This document shows, piece by piece, positions 1-15,990 of a stretch of 64,000 nt of DNA. Position 1 is the stretch's first letter; the number at the start of each line of letters is the position of its first letter. Below the pieces are notes generated by a model that worked only from the letters and a program-made list of their open reading frames with translations, ran no database searches and was not told where the DNA came from. The DNA is from the human T2T-CHM13v2.0 reference genome, Homo sapiens. The translations under genes were made by a program, and so were the position numbers. The stretch lies in the NCBI RefSeq assembly GCF_009914755.1, contig NC_060947.1; one strand, given 5' to 3'.

Positions 1-183
1 TGGCAACACGGTGAAACCCTGTCTCTACTACAAATACAAAAATTAGCCGGGCGTGGTGGCAGGAGAATTGCTTGAACCTGGAAGGGGGAGGTTGCAGTGA
101 GCCAAGATTGTGCCACTGCACTCTCAGCCTGGGTGACTGAGTGAGACCCCACCTCAAAAAAAAAAAAGAAAAAGAAAAAAAAA
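1..183 (+). mobile_element. Alu, partial (cut by the window edge), with an internal deletion in the right arm
   Basis: Alu text gtgaaaccctgtctctacta...ggttgcagtgagccaagattgtgccactgcact followed by an A tail. The ~33-nt gcctgtaatcccagctact... segment is missing at ~58-63. Confidence 0.95.
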
Positions 184-544
184 CATTTTTAGCATGAGGC
201 CACAACAAACAGAACACAAGAGAAAAAAAGAAAAAACTTATATGAGCTGAAAATGAGTTGAAAGAGAGAGTTATTATTTTCACCTTTTAAAAGAGGAGAG
301 TAAACCGAAAATGGTGAGATGTGATAAAAGTTAAACTTTGGGTTTAAACAATTAAAATCTTTTAATTTATTAAGAGTAAATCAACTCCTTAAGAAAATTT
401 TATTGTTCTGATGAATTTTTTTAGTGTTTTTTTAATATCATAAGCTAAATCTGGAAAGACTATTATAAATAATTTCCCTTTAATTATAGACAACTTTATA
501 CAAATCATTTATGACAGCTTGGACTTTCTGTTTTATCCCTTCCT

Positions 545-847
545 CTTTCTTTATTCCTTTGAGATACAGTCTTGCTCCGTCGCCCAGGCTAGAGTCGTGC
601 AGTGGCGCCATCTCGGCTCCCTGCAACCTCCGCCTCCCATGTACAAGCAATTCTCCTGCCTCAGCCTCCGGAGTAGCTGGGACTAGAGGCACGTGTCACC
701 ACACCTGGCTAATTTTTGTATTTTTAGTAGAGACAGGGATTTGCCACGTTTGCCAGGCTGGTCTCGAACTCCTGACCTCAGGTGATCCATCCACCTCGGC
801 TTCCCAAAATGCTGGAATTAACAAGCATGAGCCACCATGCCCAGGCT
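545..847 (-). mobile_element. AluS-type element, full length
   Basis: Reverse-complement Alu dimer from tttgagatacagtcttgctc to gagccaccatgcccaggc. Confidence 0.95.
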
Positions 848-2580
848 TCCTTTTTCTTTAATAACCAGTTATTTTATTTTAGAACAAAAATTTACCATAC
901 AAGATTCTTTCTCAGATGAAATTATTTTCCTTTTAACCTTTTGTGCCAAAAATGCCTGTTCATAACTTCCTTCACATTGTTCTTATTCACTGATTACCTA
1001 ATTTCATAAATAACTTTTAAATAAGCTTCGAATTAGACAAAAAGTATTTTCCTTTAAGATCACATTTCTTTCTTACAGAAAAATGTTATCCTAGAATTAA
1101 AAAAATTGGAAATGACCCAGACGTGTAATATCTATTATTTAGCTTAATATAACTTTAGATTTTAAATTATATGACAAGATAATCTACAAGAACTTATTCT
1201 GTTACATTTGTGTAATTAATTTTCTAATAGTTTACTCAGGTTACTTATGAAAACTGTGATAGTTACCATTTAAAGTTATGTCCTTGTTAACCATTTTTAT
1301 AACCTGTGAATTTCAGGTTGTCCTGAGTAAGAACATTAAGGTTAGATAAAGGGTCGTTTTTTTGTTTGTTTGTTTGTTTTTGTTTTTTTGTCAATAACTC
1401 AGGATTTAGCTATTTTCATTAACCAAACAATATTAAATTCCTTACTTACTAAATTTTACATAAACAAAGATAATTCTCATTTGAGCTGCATTCATAGCTT
1501 TAGAACCCTCATGCCAAATGTTGACATCTAGCAGAGATAAATATGTTGAGAATTCCAAAGCCATTTCTAATTCAATTTCACTAAAATTTTTAAAACCAGC
1601 TTGTTTATTGAAGATTTGCTTAAGTCACATGAACTTGAAAAAGCATTTGGCTTAAAGTCTATTTTTCTGAAAAGCATTAGATTTAAGTGCCTTTGTTAAG
1701 CCAATTAATTAGAGCTCTTTTCTACATTTTTAGTAGTGAAATGTCATATCCATGACACATAAATACATAGATGTATTAGATATGTAGATAGAAGTAGATC
1801 TTATAAATTCCTAAGGCCTTTATTTTTTCCTCGTATTTTAGATTTACAATTTCTTCATAACCTATTTTATTGCCCTAGGCAGTTGTCATCTAGATAGCCC
1901 TAAATGTGCATATTAAAGGAACTCTTAGGTAAAAAAAATCAGATAGTGAAATTTACATGTCAAAGCACAGAGAGAAAGAGTCGGGCGATGTTAGAGGGAG
2001 ATTAAACATGGATGCCAAATCAAACACAAAATTGTAGAAATATATTATAGGATTGTATAAGGAGACCAGTTGTATTTAGATAGGGACTACCTGTCTTTTA
2101 ACTGGATCTCTGAGCTCTGGGCAGAGCCCACACTGAATCCTAGGTCTCCAAAAAGGGAGAATTACTATGAGGCTACACCAAGTGACGGTTTTACAGTGTC
2201 CTTTTTTTTTTTTTAACAAAGACATTTCTAAGTGTTCAAGCTACTTTCTTCCTTAAAAATCCAAGAATAAACTAATAACAGTTTTAGTTAAAAAATCAAG
2301 TAACACAATACAAAAGCAGGCAGCTTAAGATCTGAGATGAACTTGTCTGTTTACACTCTTGGGAAAAATAGAGGTTTCTCCCCAAAAGGGAGTGTGGCAT
2401 CTTCTCCATTTTCTTTAAGGAATGCAGGCAATTATAAACTATTTTACGTCCCTCATGCAACAGTGGGTAGCAAAATAAAGGAGAGACAGCAGAAGTAAAT
2501 GAAGAAAACAGAATGTCATCGTCTGAGAAGAAAAAAAAAAAAACTTTTGCTCAAAAAAGACAAGGTCCTAGGAGAGAAGA

Positions 2581-3119
2581 TGTAGAAAGTAGTAATGTTT
2601 CTCTTCAAAACTCATCTTGGTTTAAAAATAAAATAATAGACACTATAAGTAATAGCTCCTTACTCTAAAGCCTCCTCTCAACTACTAGTTCTTACACTTG
2701 AGCCCAGTTAGTTGCTTTGGCTTACTCAGGCATGTCTGGACAGGCCCAGGCAAGTCTTAGCTCATAGCTTATGCCCCTTCCTTTTTTGAAATGTTAATTG
2801 CTTCCTTAAACCTTTAGTAAGCAACTTCTTTTTCTTCTTTGTTCTCCCTTGCACTTACCTGTTTAGGAAAGTTTTAGGTTATTAGCAGATTTGGTATCAG
2901 TTGAAGACTGTGAGGTCCAGCTCCAGCCAATGGATGCAGGACAGAGCCGTAAGGCTGACCCAAATACGTAAATAATAAATATGTCTGCTTTTCCTTTGTT
3001 CAAGTGTGCTGTCACGATTGTTCGATCTGCGAGGGGCACCCTTTCTGCAGAAAGTAAAGATTGCCTTGCTGAGAGATCCTTTGTCTTTTCTTCATGGCAC
3101 CGATTATCTGTTTCTAACA
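2581..3119 (+). mobile_element. Solo ERV1 LTR, LTR10 (HERV-I)-like
   Basis: TGTAGAAAGT...TTTCTAACA termini, CCAAT box (~2927), AGTAAA poly(A)-like signal (~3053), 5-bp TSD GAAGA/GAGGA (2576-2580, 3120-3124). Family assigned from recall. Confidence 0.8.
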
Positions 3120-4171
3120 GAGGAAAAAATAAAGGCCTTTTAATACAAATGCACACATGCACACACACACACATCTCAGATGTTAGCTTTTAATTAAGCT
3201 GACTTTTAACCCTTGAGCTCCTTTAAAAAAATCTTTCTGAATCTCATTACCATTTTTTAGCTAGGAAAAATTGCTGATGTTTCAAAAGAAGCAAGTATCA
3301 AACCAGAAAGGGCTTGATTTAGGAAGCAAACCCAGGCTGTTGTGGAAAAAAAAGAAGGCAGAACCTTAGCTATGAAACTGCAGCATGGGGCAACAGCGTT
3401 GCTCTTTCAATTTGGCCTGGATAGCAAAAAAGTGGCCTTGCTATGTACATAAAGCCCCTTAAGTACTCAAAATCAAAAATCTTTATTGTTTTTTCTTTTG
3501 CTGAGCATTTTTCCTCCCAAGCCCTCCCCACCTTTTGTGGAAATTTAGCCACTTCAGAGGCCTTGTTCCTCATAATTTGGAACTTTCCTTTAGATTTGAT
3601 CAAGTTGGATAGTTTCCCAATGAAGAAAGAAAGACCAAAACAACAAAAACAGAAACAAACAACGGCAAAAAAAAAAAAAGTTAAGCAAAAACACAAAGTA
3701 TCTCAAAATTTATATGATTACTGAGCACTCTAATGGTAAGGAGAAATTAAGACCAGCTTGTTGTTAATCTTAACTTTAGACAAGACAAAACCCCTATTGA
3801 GCTACTTACCTAGTGATGGGTCTCAGGCTGAAGACTGCTGTCTGTTACCCTAGAAGCAGGAAAAAACTCAGATTCATCTTCCGTGCTGGGAGCAAGGTCA
3901 AACTCCATAAAGGAATTACCTGCCTTCCATTGACATGGAAGCAGGAAAACTTGCCTTCCTTGTTGAAAGCAGGTAAATTTTCAGAAAAGGAGTTGTGCAG
4001 CAAAATAAAGTTTAGATTGCAACCAAATTTTTGGAGATCAGGGATTCTTTGGAGGGGTGGCTTTCAGGCCTCAGCAAATTGTCCTATTGGTTTTAACCAT
4101 GAAGATAGCTCAAGCTGGTACCAAGTACCAGTAGAAGATTTGTGAAAGGTCAGGGGCACCTACACTCAGAA

Positions 4172-4190
4172 TCCCTCTGTGGTTACCCAA
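4172..4190 (-). promoter_or_regulatory. Degenerate primer-binding site of the MER4-group provirus
   Basis: Lies directly 3' (minus strand) of the LTR-terminal CA and reads TTGGGTAACCACAGAGGGA. Confidence 0.6.
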
Positions 4191-4191
4191 A

Positions 4192-4290
4192 TGTGAACCC
4201 CAAATATCTGAGACAGGTCTCAGTCAATTTTGAAAATTAATTTTGCCAAGGTTAAGGATGCACCCATGACGCAGCCTCAGGAAGTCCTGA
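4192..4290 (-). mobile_element. MER4-type 5' LTR, only the 3'-most ~100 bp
   Basis: Closely similar to the first ~100 bp of the complete MER4A copy at 27034-27496 (tgtgaa..ctgagacaggtctcagt..ttttgccaaggtt..gcctcaggaagtcctga). Confidence 0.9.
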
Positions 4291-5024
4291 TGATACAGAC
4301 AGGAGACAAGGAAATACTGGGTAGGAGAGGGTGGTTCCCCAGCAAAAGTGCTACCCTCAAGCCTGGAAACCCATGGCTCTAAATGGGAACAGGCATTCCT
4401 GTTTTCATGACTAAAAGTTGCCTTTGGACCCACCACATCCCCCTATCCTGTACCTATATAAACCCCAAAGCCTAGGCTCCATGAGCAGACGAGCAGAGGA
4501 ACAGAAGAGCAGAAGAATGGCAGAGAAGGAGAGAAGAGAAGGAGCATCTGAACATTGAGAGGAGTTCAGCTGGGGACAGCAAATCTCCAGGGAAAGATCA
4601 TCTTCTGACTCTGTCTCCCTTTCAGCTCCCCATCCGTCCCACTGAGAGCCACCCTGACCACTCAATAAAACCTCCACATTCACCATCCTTCAAATCCATG
4701 TGAGACCTGATTTTTCCTGGATGCTGGACAAGAGTTTGGGATACAGAAAGCTGTCACACTGGCTTTCTGCCCTTGTGAAAAGGCAGAGGGTCCATTAAGC
4801 TGTTTAACACTTAAGCCATCCGTGGATGGCAAAGCTAAAAGAGCACACTGTAATATACACCCACTTGGGCTTTGGGCTTCACAGGCACCCACCCCTGGAT
4901 GCTGCCATGGGTCTAGAGCCCAGGAGTGCTTGCCCCAGCTTCTGCACCTGCCTGTCTGTGTGTTCCCTTTCCCATGAGGGGTTTGAACATGCATGGCAGC
5001 CAGAGGAGCCACACGCCTGTCGCA
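4291..5024 (+). mobile_element. LTR1-family ERV1 LTR lacking its last ~35 bp
   Basis: Starts TGATACAGACAGGAGACAAGGAAATACTGGGTAG, with TATATAAA at ~4455 and AATAAA at ~4664. Homologous to the complete LTR at 61503-62305, which continues ~35 bp past cctgtyGCAC. Confidence 0.85.
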
Positions 5025-8726
<3,702 letters not shown>

Positions 8727-10925
8727 TAATTAGTTCGGTTCTTAGAGAGCAGCTTCCTTGGGCCGGAGTGCTATCCACATGGACTGAGAATGGAATATTG
8801 TCCCTACTTTTGAGCAGCTCTCAAGACATTAAAGTAGAATGAATAGAACAATGATTATAGTTGAGTATAATTAGAATCCTGAATTTGGCACGAAAATAAG
8901 TTAACATTTTGTTTAACTGGTAGATGATTGCTCAGTTTGTCTTCAAACTGTGTATTTTTATTTTCTGCCTCATAAAAATGCAAAAAGTAAAAATATAAAT
9001 TACATTTAGCATCTAGATACCAACTATCACTAGGCTCCTTCCAGTTTACTGTCCTACAGAATTCCAGGCTTGAGAATCAGAGTATTTAATATAATTCCTA
9101 CGTCATGACAGCAAGTTGCTTAGTGGGAGGAAGATTGGATTGGGAATGGGACAGTCCAGCCTAGCTTCCTGACCATTTATTGAGTCTCTATTTTTTTTTC
9201 TTTGAATGGATTGCCACTGTCTTAGGTCTGAGTGTGGGCTCAGACTTAATTCACAAAGCATTTATTGAGTGCTTACTATTTACATGGATTTTTAATAGAA
9301 AATGATATCAAGAATGATGTTTCACCTGACACTCTGCTGCGGGATTATTTTATAAATGTAAAATGTGCTTTTCACAAGGAAATGACCAGAATTTCCTCAG
9401 GAAAATGTTTAAATGCTGACTACCGTGTAATCTATGCCAAAAGTTCCACTGATAACACTAATATTAGTTACCAGTTAGCTGATAATTAAGGTGCTAACTG
9501 ATTATTAGGGGGTTGGTTGATAATAGGTCAAGTTTTGAATACTCCTAACACATTGGAATTGTCAAAGGGTGGAAAGTAGATGAAACAACCTGCTACTGTC
9601 TACAACATACCACTCTACTACATTCTACTCTCTTGCATTCCCGGACCCATCTGTTCATTGTTTAGAAATGGAGAATGTGTGATTTTTCAGGGTTGAGGAA
9701 TGATTGGATATAAGCCTTTTCCCTATTGGTTTCACACTGCAGCTGCCTTGGCATATTTCCTTTAAGGTCTATCAAAAAGGAAAAGGAAAAGAAAAGCAAA
9801 GAAAGAGGAGATGCTAAACCTTGTCTTAGAAGAAATAGGCCTGGCTGGAAAACAAAAACAAACAACAACAAAATCACCCTGACAATTTATATTTTTTCAT
9901 AGCTTTATTTCAAATCCATAAAGCATCACATTCCCTAGTACCAGTTACTGAGACAATTTAGTCAACGGGTTGACAGGGACATCTGTAAGGATGCCATCAC
10001 AGCCAGCAAAGGAAGGTATTTTTGAAACCAGCCGAATAACGAAATTAATTTTACACTGCTTCATCTAATGGTAAAACCAACATTTTAACCACGCCTGAGC
10101 CATGTCTAACACAGCGTAACTTTGGAGGGAGAGAGTAGACTAAGAGAAGGGAGCAGTGGGTCTCTTTGAACAATGATGGGAAATATCTGCTGTTTCAGAG
10201 CTCAAATTGTATTTACCTGAGAAAAGCCATCAAATATAAGCAGAGATAGCTTGTACTTCTTGTCTGTTTTTCCAAAGGGCAAGATAATACCTCAGAGTGA
10301 GGGGTGTCTTTATGTGTGCTGAGACTGAAGATACAATTTTTTACACTCAACGGTTGTTTATTTTCTGATGCTTCATTCATTCTGGGACAGGAATCTTGGG
10401 AGCTTTAAGTCTCACCCAGTCTTTCTAGGGGAATAAGAAAGCCATCACTCACTGTGGCTTTGTCAGCTTTGTTTAGCCCACCTCTTTGGAGTAAGCCAAT
10501 AAAGGTTTCTGGTGAGGAATCTGAACTAGATAAGGAAAGGACTTATCCTAAATACATAGCTGAGAAAGACTTCTAATTCTTCCAAGAAGAAGACAATGTC
10601 AACACTGACAATGTGTGGGTAAGGCAGTCTCCAGGACTCACAAGAACCCCTATTTACGGAGTTATCCATATATTCAGCAAACTGTACTAAATACTTATTT
10701 TTAGATGGTTCTATGCTCAATCAATTCAAAGCATAAGTAAATATTAAACCATCCATGACACATAGGAGCCCACTGTCAATAGTTTAAAATACTGACAAAT
10801 AAACAGATGGTTATAATAGTACAAAAAGGGTTCTGATAGAGTATTCACAGCTTGCTGTGAAAATACATTGAAGGGGCAATTAACAAAGACTCAGCTAGCT
10901 TGTGACGGGATATAGGGAAGGTTTT

Positions 10926-11295
10926 TGATATGGTCTGGCTGTGTGTCCCCAGCCAAATCTCATCTCAAATTGTAATCCCCACGTGTCAAGGAAGGGGCCT
11001 TGTGGGAAGTGATTGAATCATGGGGACATTTTCCCCCATGCTGTTCTCATGATAGTGAGTGAGTTCTCATGGAAGTTGGTGGCTTTAAAGTGTGGCACTT
11101 CCACGTTTGCTCTCTCTTTCTCTCTCCTGCCACCATGTAAGACGAGTCTTGCTTCCCCTTTGCCTTCTACCATGATTCTAAGTTTCCTGAGGCCTCCCCA
11201 GCCATGTGGATCTGTGAGTCATTAAACTTATTTTATTTATAAATTACCTAGTCTCAGATAGTATCTTTATAGCAGTGTGAAAATGGACTAATACA
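10926..11295 (+). mobile_element. MaLR solo LTR (MSTA/THE1D-like)
   Basis: TGATATGGTCTGGCTGTGTGTCCCC...GGACTAATACA, 370 bp, with ATTAAA at 11221. Confidence 0.9.
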
Positions 11296-11467
11296 GATTC
11301 CTAATATTTTTGCCTTTTTATTTGTATTCAGGTGACTCCTTCTTGTTCTAGTGTTAGGGCATGTCAGTGACTTAACTAATTCACTTAGCAAATACTTATT
11401 TTATATATTTGAGTCATGCAGAAGAAAGAAAAAAATGTATAGTCTCATGAGCAGAATCAGGCAATAA

Positions 11468-11926
<459 letters not shown>

Positions 11927-12014
11927 TAAATGCTATCACTCTGAGTGAGATCTCAAGCCAAAAATTATGTTTTAGCAGAGGAATGCCAAGATCTGATTTC
12001 TGTTTCAACAAGAT

Positions 12015-12142
12015 CACCCTGGTTGATGTGTCAAGAACAGACCTATGAGGCCAAGTTTGTAAACAGGGAAACTCTTAGCACCCTGGTTGATGTGTCAAGA
12101 AGAGATTTATGGGACCAGGTTTGTAAACAGGGAAACTCTTAA
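12015..12142. repeat. 64-bp tandem duplication (2 copies)
   Basis: caccctggttgatgtgtcaagaa...tttgtaaacagggaaactctta starts at 12015 and 12079, with about 7 mismatches. Confidence 0.95.
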
Positions 12143-13049
12143 AATAATCAAGATAGGAGAATATGTGTCTTGAATCGAGTTTGTAGCAATGGGAGTGGGT
12201 GAGAAGTGGAGAGATTCTGTATATATGTTAAAGATATTACTCAGAGCATTTCTGGATGGTTTTAAGATTGAGAGGAGGGAGAAATCAAGGGTGACTCCAG
12301 AAATTTTGAGTTGAGCAACTAGAAGGATGGAATTAACATTAACTCAGAACTTAAAAGGAACAGAAAATTATGAGAAGAAGAAAAAATTGGGAATTCAGTT
12401 GGGTACCTAATAGTATTGCGATACTTAGCCAAATGGAGATCTTGATTTGGCAATTAAATATATGAGTTTGAGGTAGAGAGGATAGCTTAGAACGACTGCA
12501 AAAATTGGGAAATCATCAGCTAATAGATTGTGAAGGCCTAAGGCTGCATGGCATCACCTAGAAAGTGAGTGTAGATTTTTAAAAGGGTTCGAAGACTAAG
12601 CCCTGTGGCATGACAACATTACGAGTCTGGGCAGATGAGATTGAACTAGGAAGGAAGACTGAGAAGGAGTGGCCAGTGGGGTGGAAGGAAAATTGGAAGT
12701 ATAATGTCAGCAGCCAAATGAAGGAAGTTTTTGGGAAAAAGGGAGTCATCAACTATTTCAAATGCTGCTATATGTTAAATAAGATGAGGATGGAGGATTT
12801 GACACTGGATTTAACAGTGTGAAGATGATTCCTGGCATACCTAAAAGTAGTTGTGGTGGAATGGTAGAGTCAAAAGCCTAATTGGAATGAGATCAAGAAG
12901 AAATGGAAGGGGAAGAATAGAAGACAGTAAGTAGACAACTTTTGCAAACCAGTGCTAGTATCCTCTGATAGACAAAGGCCTTCTTAAGCAAGCACCCATT
13001 CTTTCTTTGTACTTACAAACAAAAGGAAATGGAGTCTTGACTTGGGAAC

Positions 13050-13350
13050 TTTTTTTTTTTTTTTTTTTTGAGATCAAGTTTTTGCTTTTGTTGCCCAGGC
13101 TGGAGTGCAGTGGCGCGATCTCGGCTCACCACAGCCTCCTCCTCTAGATTAAAGAGATTCTCCTGTCTCAGCCTCTCGAGTAGCTGGGATTACAAATATG
13201 CGCCACCACACCTGGCTAATTTTGTACTTTTAGTAGAGAGGGGGTTTTTCCATGTTGGTCAGGCTGCTCTCGACCTCCCGACCTCAGGTGATCCGCCCGC
13301 CTCGGCCTTCCAAAGTGCTGGGATTACAGGCGTGAGCCACTGCGCCCGGC
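13050..13350 (-). mobile_element. AluS (Sp/Sq-like)
   Basis: T tail, ttgttgcccaggctgg, TSD GA(C/G)TTGGGAAC (13039-13049, 13351-13361). Confidence 0.95.
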
Positions 13351-15990
13351 GAGTTGGGAACGTTTTTTTATAGGAGAGACAGAAGCAGGGAGAAGAAATT
13401 TGGAATGGAATTCAGCAGGAGGTTCTCAAATTTAGATGAGACACTGTGTTATTGGGATCTTTCAGTGTGCAAGGAACAGAGTTGTGTTCAGGTTGACTGA
13501 GTTCAAGTTCAAAAGTGTTCATTGGAAAGATACACAGACAAGTGGAGGACAGGAGAGATTCTCCAAGAAGAAACCCAGTTTTACTCCTATCCCCTCACCA
13601 ACATATGTTAATTGCTCCCTATTCTAGCAACTCTACCACATTCCTGACTCAGCATTTCTGTTTATCTGCTTCTTCTGTTCCATTTTGATTATTGCCCACT
13701 GACTTCTTTGTAGTCTCCTCTCATGTGACAGCTTCTGAATAATCCTGGATTCTACTCCCTCATTCTCGTACTTCTTGTTTTGTCTCATTCTGTTTCTGCT
13801 CTTTTCTATATCTCCAAATTAAAATTCCCCAAGAGAGAGATGATTAGATTGCTTTAGTTCTTGTTCTCTATATAGCTGGCCCTAATCCCTGGTTAGTTGT
13901 GGTCAGCATATTGGACTCATGCGGTTCCTATTTATAAAGAGAAAATCGTGGGAATGGTGTCATGGGTATTGGTAGACATTCGGAACTTTACAGACTCCTC
14001 CTGAATACATTTGTTGAGAGTAGAATAAGTTGAAAAGTGTCATAAATACAAGCAAAAGATGGATAAAAATTACTTCAAATTTAGTTTTTTAAAACTTTTT
14101 TTGAGAAGAAAAACATCTATAATACATCTTTGAATTATATACAGACAAGCATGAATGCTGAGGTAGATCATGTTTACATATACTCTATACATAGGAATTT
14201 ACCTCACCAGCATAAATGGATATAGGTGCATTTCACTACTTAGCCTCTCTGAGATACTAATCATACCTAATTCATGGGGAAGGAAGTGCCTAATTCAAAG
14301 ACATAAATCCCCAGTGATGACATTTCAGTTATCAATGTAGGGCTTTTTTGTTACCATCTTCAAATGACGTCTACTTACTCTATGCATGCAGATTCCAGAG
14401 ATCTCAGAAAACATTTAATTTGTCTTCTTAGTGACATTAGACCTTTAAAAATAGTGAGCAATTTTTGCTGGCAGTTCTATCACATGAATCCTTACTTTTC
14501 AGCACTTAAAACCTCTATCAATTCACCCTGGATGTCTTGCTTATAAATGTTCCTAAGTTGTAGAGTACAGCTCCCAGCTGAATCATAAATTCTTCCAGGG
14601 CAAGTTCCACATCTTTAACTTCTTTTGTGTTTGCTTCTAGCATTTAGTAGTATTTAGTGGAGTTCTCTTCACACACACCATGTATGTTTTGTTTTGACTT
14701 TGTATGTCCACGACGACTTTCAGGCACACCTGCAAAAGGGAGTCTTTTATTGTAATGGAGAGTGGAGTTGCCAACAAATTCTTTATAGAAAATGAATTTT
14801 CCTTTAATTTAGGAATGTATATACAAAATCCAAGGAGACTTGGCTTAATTGGTTATCCACCATAACCATTAAGTCTATATTTTTCTGGATTGATTTTTTT
14901 TATATATAATTCTTACTCTACAGAAAACTATAGTATGAGTTATCCTCCAACATGTAGAAAAACAAACAAAAAATCAGCCCAAATATGTGTTAAATGTCAT
15001 TGAGTTGATTTGTTTTTCCCAGCTGCATGAGGATATTAGGGATGACATCACTGTGTGTAGACAATATATTTCAAATCCCTTTTTGGAATGCAATGACAGT
15101 TCTATTGCTATAAAAGTATTATACTACTAAATAATTAACTAGGAAATTATGAAAAAACATAATGGAGAACAAAAGACAATTGCGTAAGCATTTATTCACA
15201 ACAAAATAGTCTTTTATAGTTGATTATGTTTCTTTTTCTATGACTGAAGAACAAAATATCAATTATGGGCAGATGGCCATTAGCATAATCCATAATGCCA
15301 GAAGACAAAACAATGCTTTGTATCTATCACCTTTGATTGGTAGCATTATGTTTTATTAGAGTCTGTATAAATAACAATGAGTAACAGAATATGGGCTTTG
15401 ACAAAGCAACAGTTTGCTCTTAAATAGCGGCATTTCTGTTTGGAAATAAAAGAAAGGAAGAAAATATTTTACAAATCCAAATTGTATCAAGATGATGGAT
15501 TTCCTGATTTCCTCAAACTAAGGGCACACACTCGGTATACAGCAGTCCATTAAAATAAATAATTAACAATTCCATGAAAATCTTCTTTAACCAATAAAGC
15601 AATTCAGATGTTTTAACATAAAATCAAATGGCATAAGGGGTATATCCACAGCCTAAGTGTTTGAAGGAAAGTATAGTGTCAGACTTGTCTTAGATTTCAC
15701 CTAATGGGACTTTGACAGCCTTGGCTGTGATTTCCTTAACCTCCATCATCCCCTACTCTATTTCCACCAGGAGTAAAAGAAAACAAAAGTTACAGACAAC
15801 AAAGCATTAGGGACCTCCATTCTCAATATTTAAGATGTTTCTGTGGCTTAGATTGGCTGACTCATAATTAAAAGTAAATTCAGGTGAACATCTTCCCTAA
15901 ACAAAATCTCTGTAGGAAGAAGAGACAAAGGGTATTAAAGATGACACTGAAAGTTCTTTAATTCCACTGGAGTACAAAAGTTACAATTAC

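Larger units (their letters stand above)
184..4191 (-). mobile_element. MER4-group ERV1 internal sequence (degenerate), interrupted by an Alu and an LTR10-like LTR
   Basis: Abuts a MER4-type LTR 3' end at 4192. The minus strand there reads ...GGTTCACA TTTGGGTAACCACAGAGGGA, a PBS-like junction. The rest is AT-rich non-coding sequence typical of MER4-group internal regions. The left limit is uncertain and may lie beyond the window. Confidence 0.75.

Noticed and set aside
12015-12142. CRISPR-like repeat array
   Set aside because: Only two adjacent copies with no spacers, in primate DNA.
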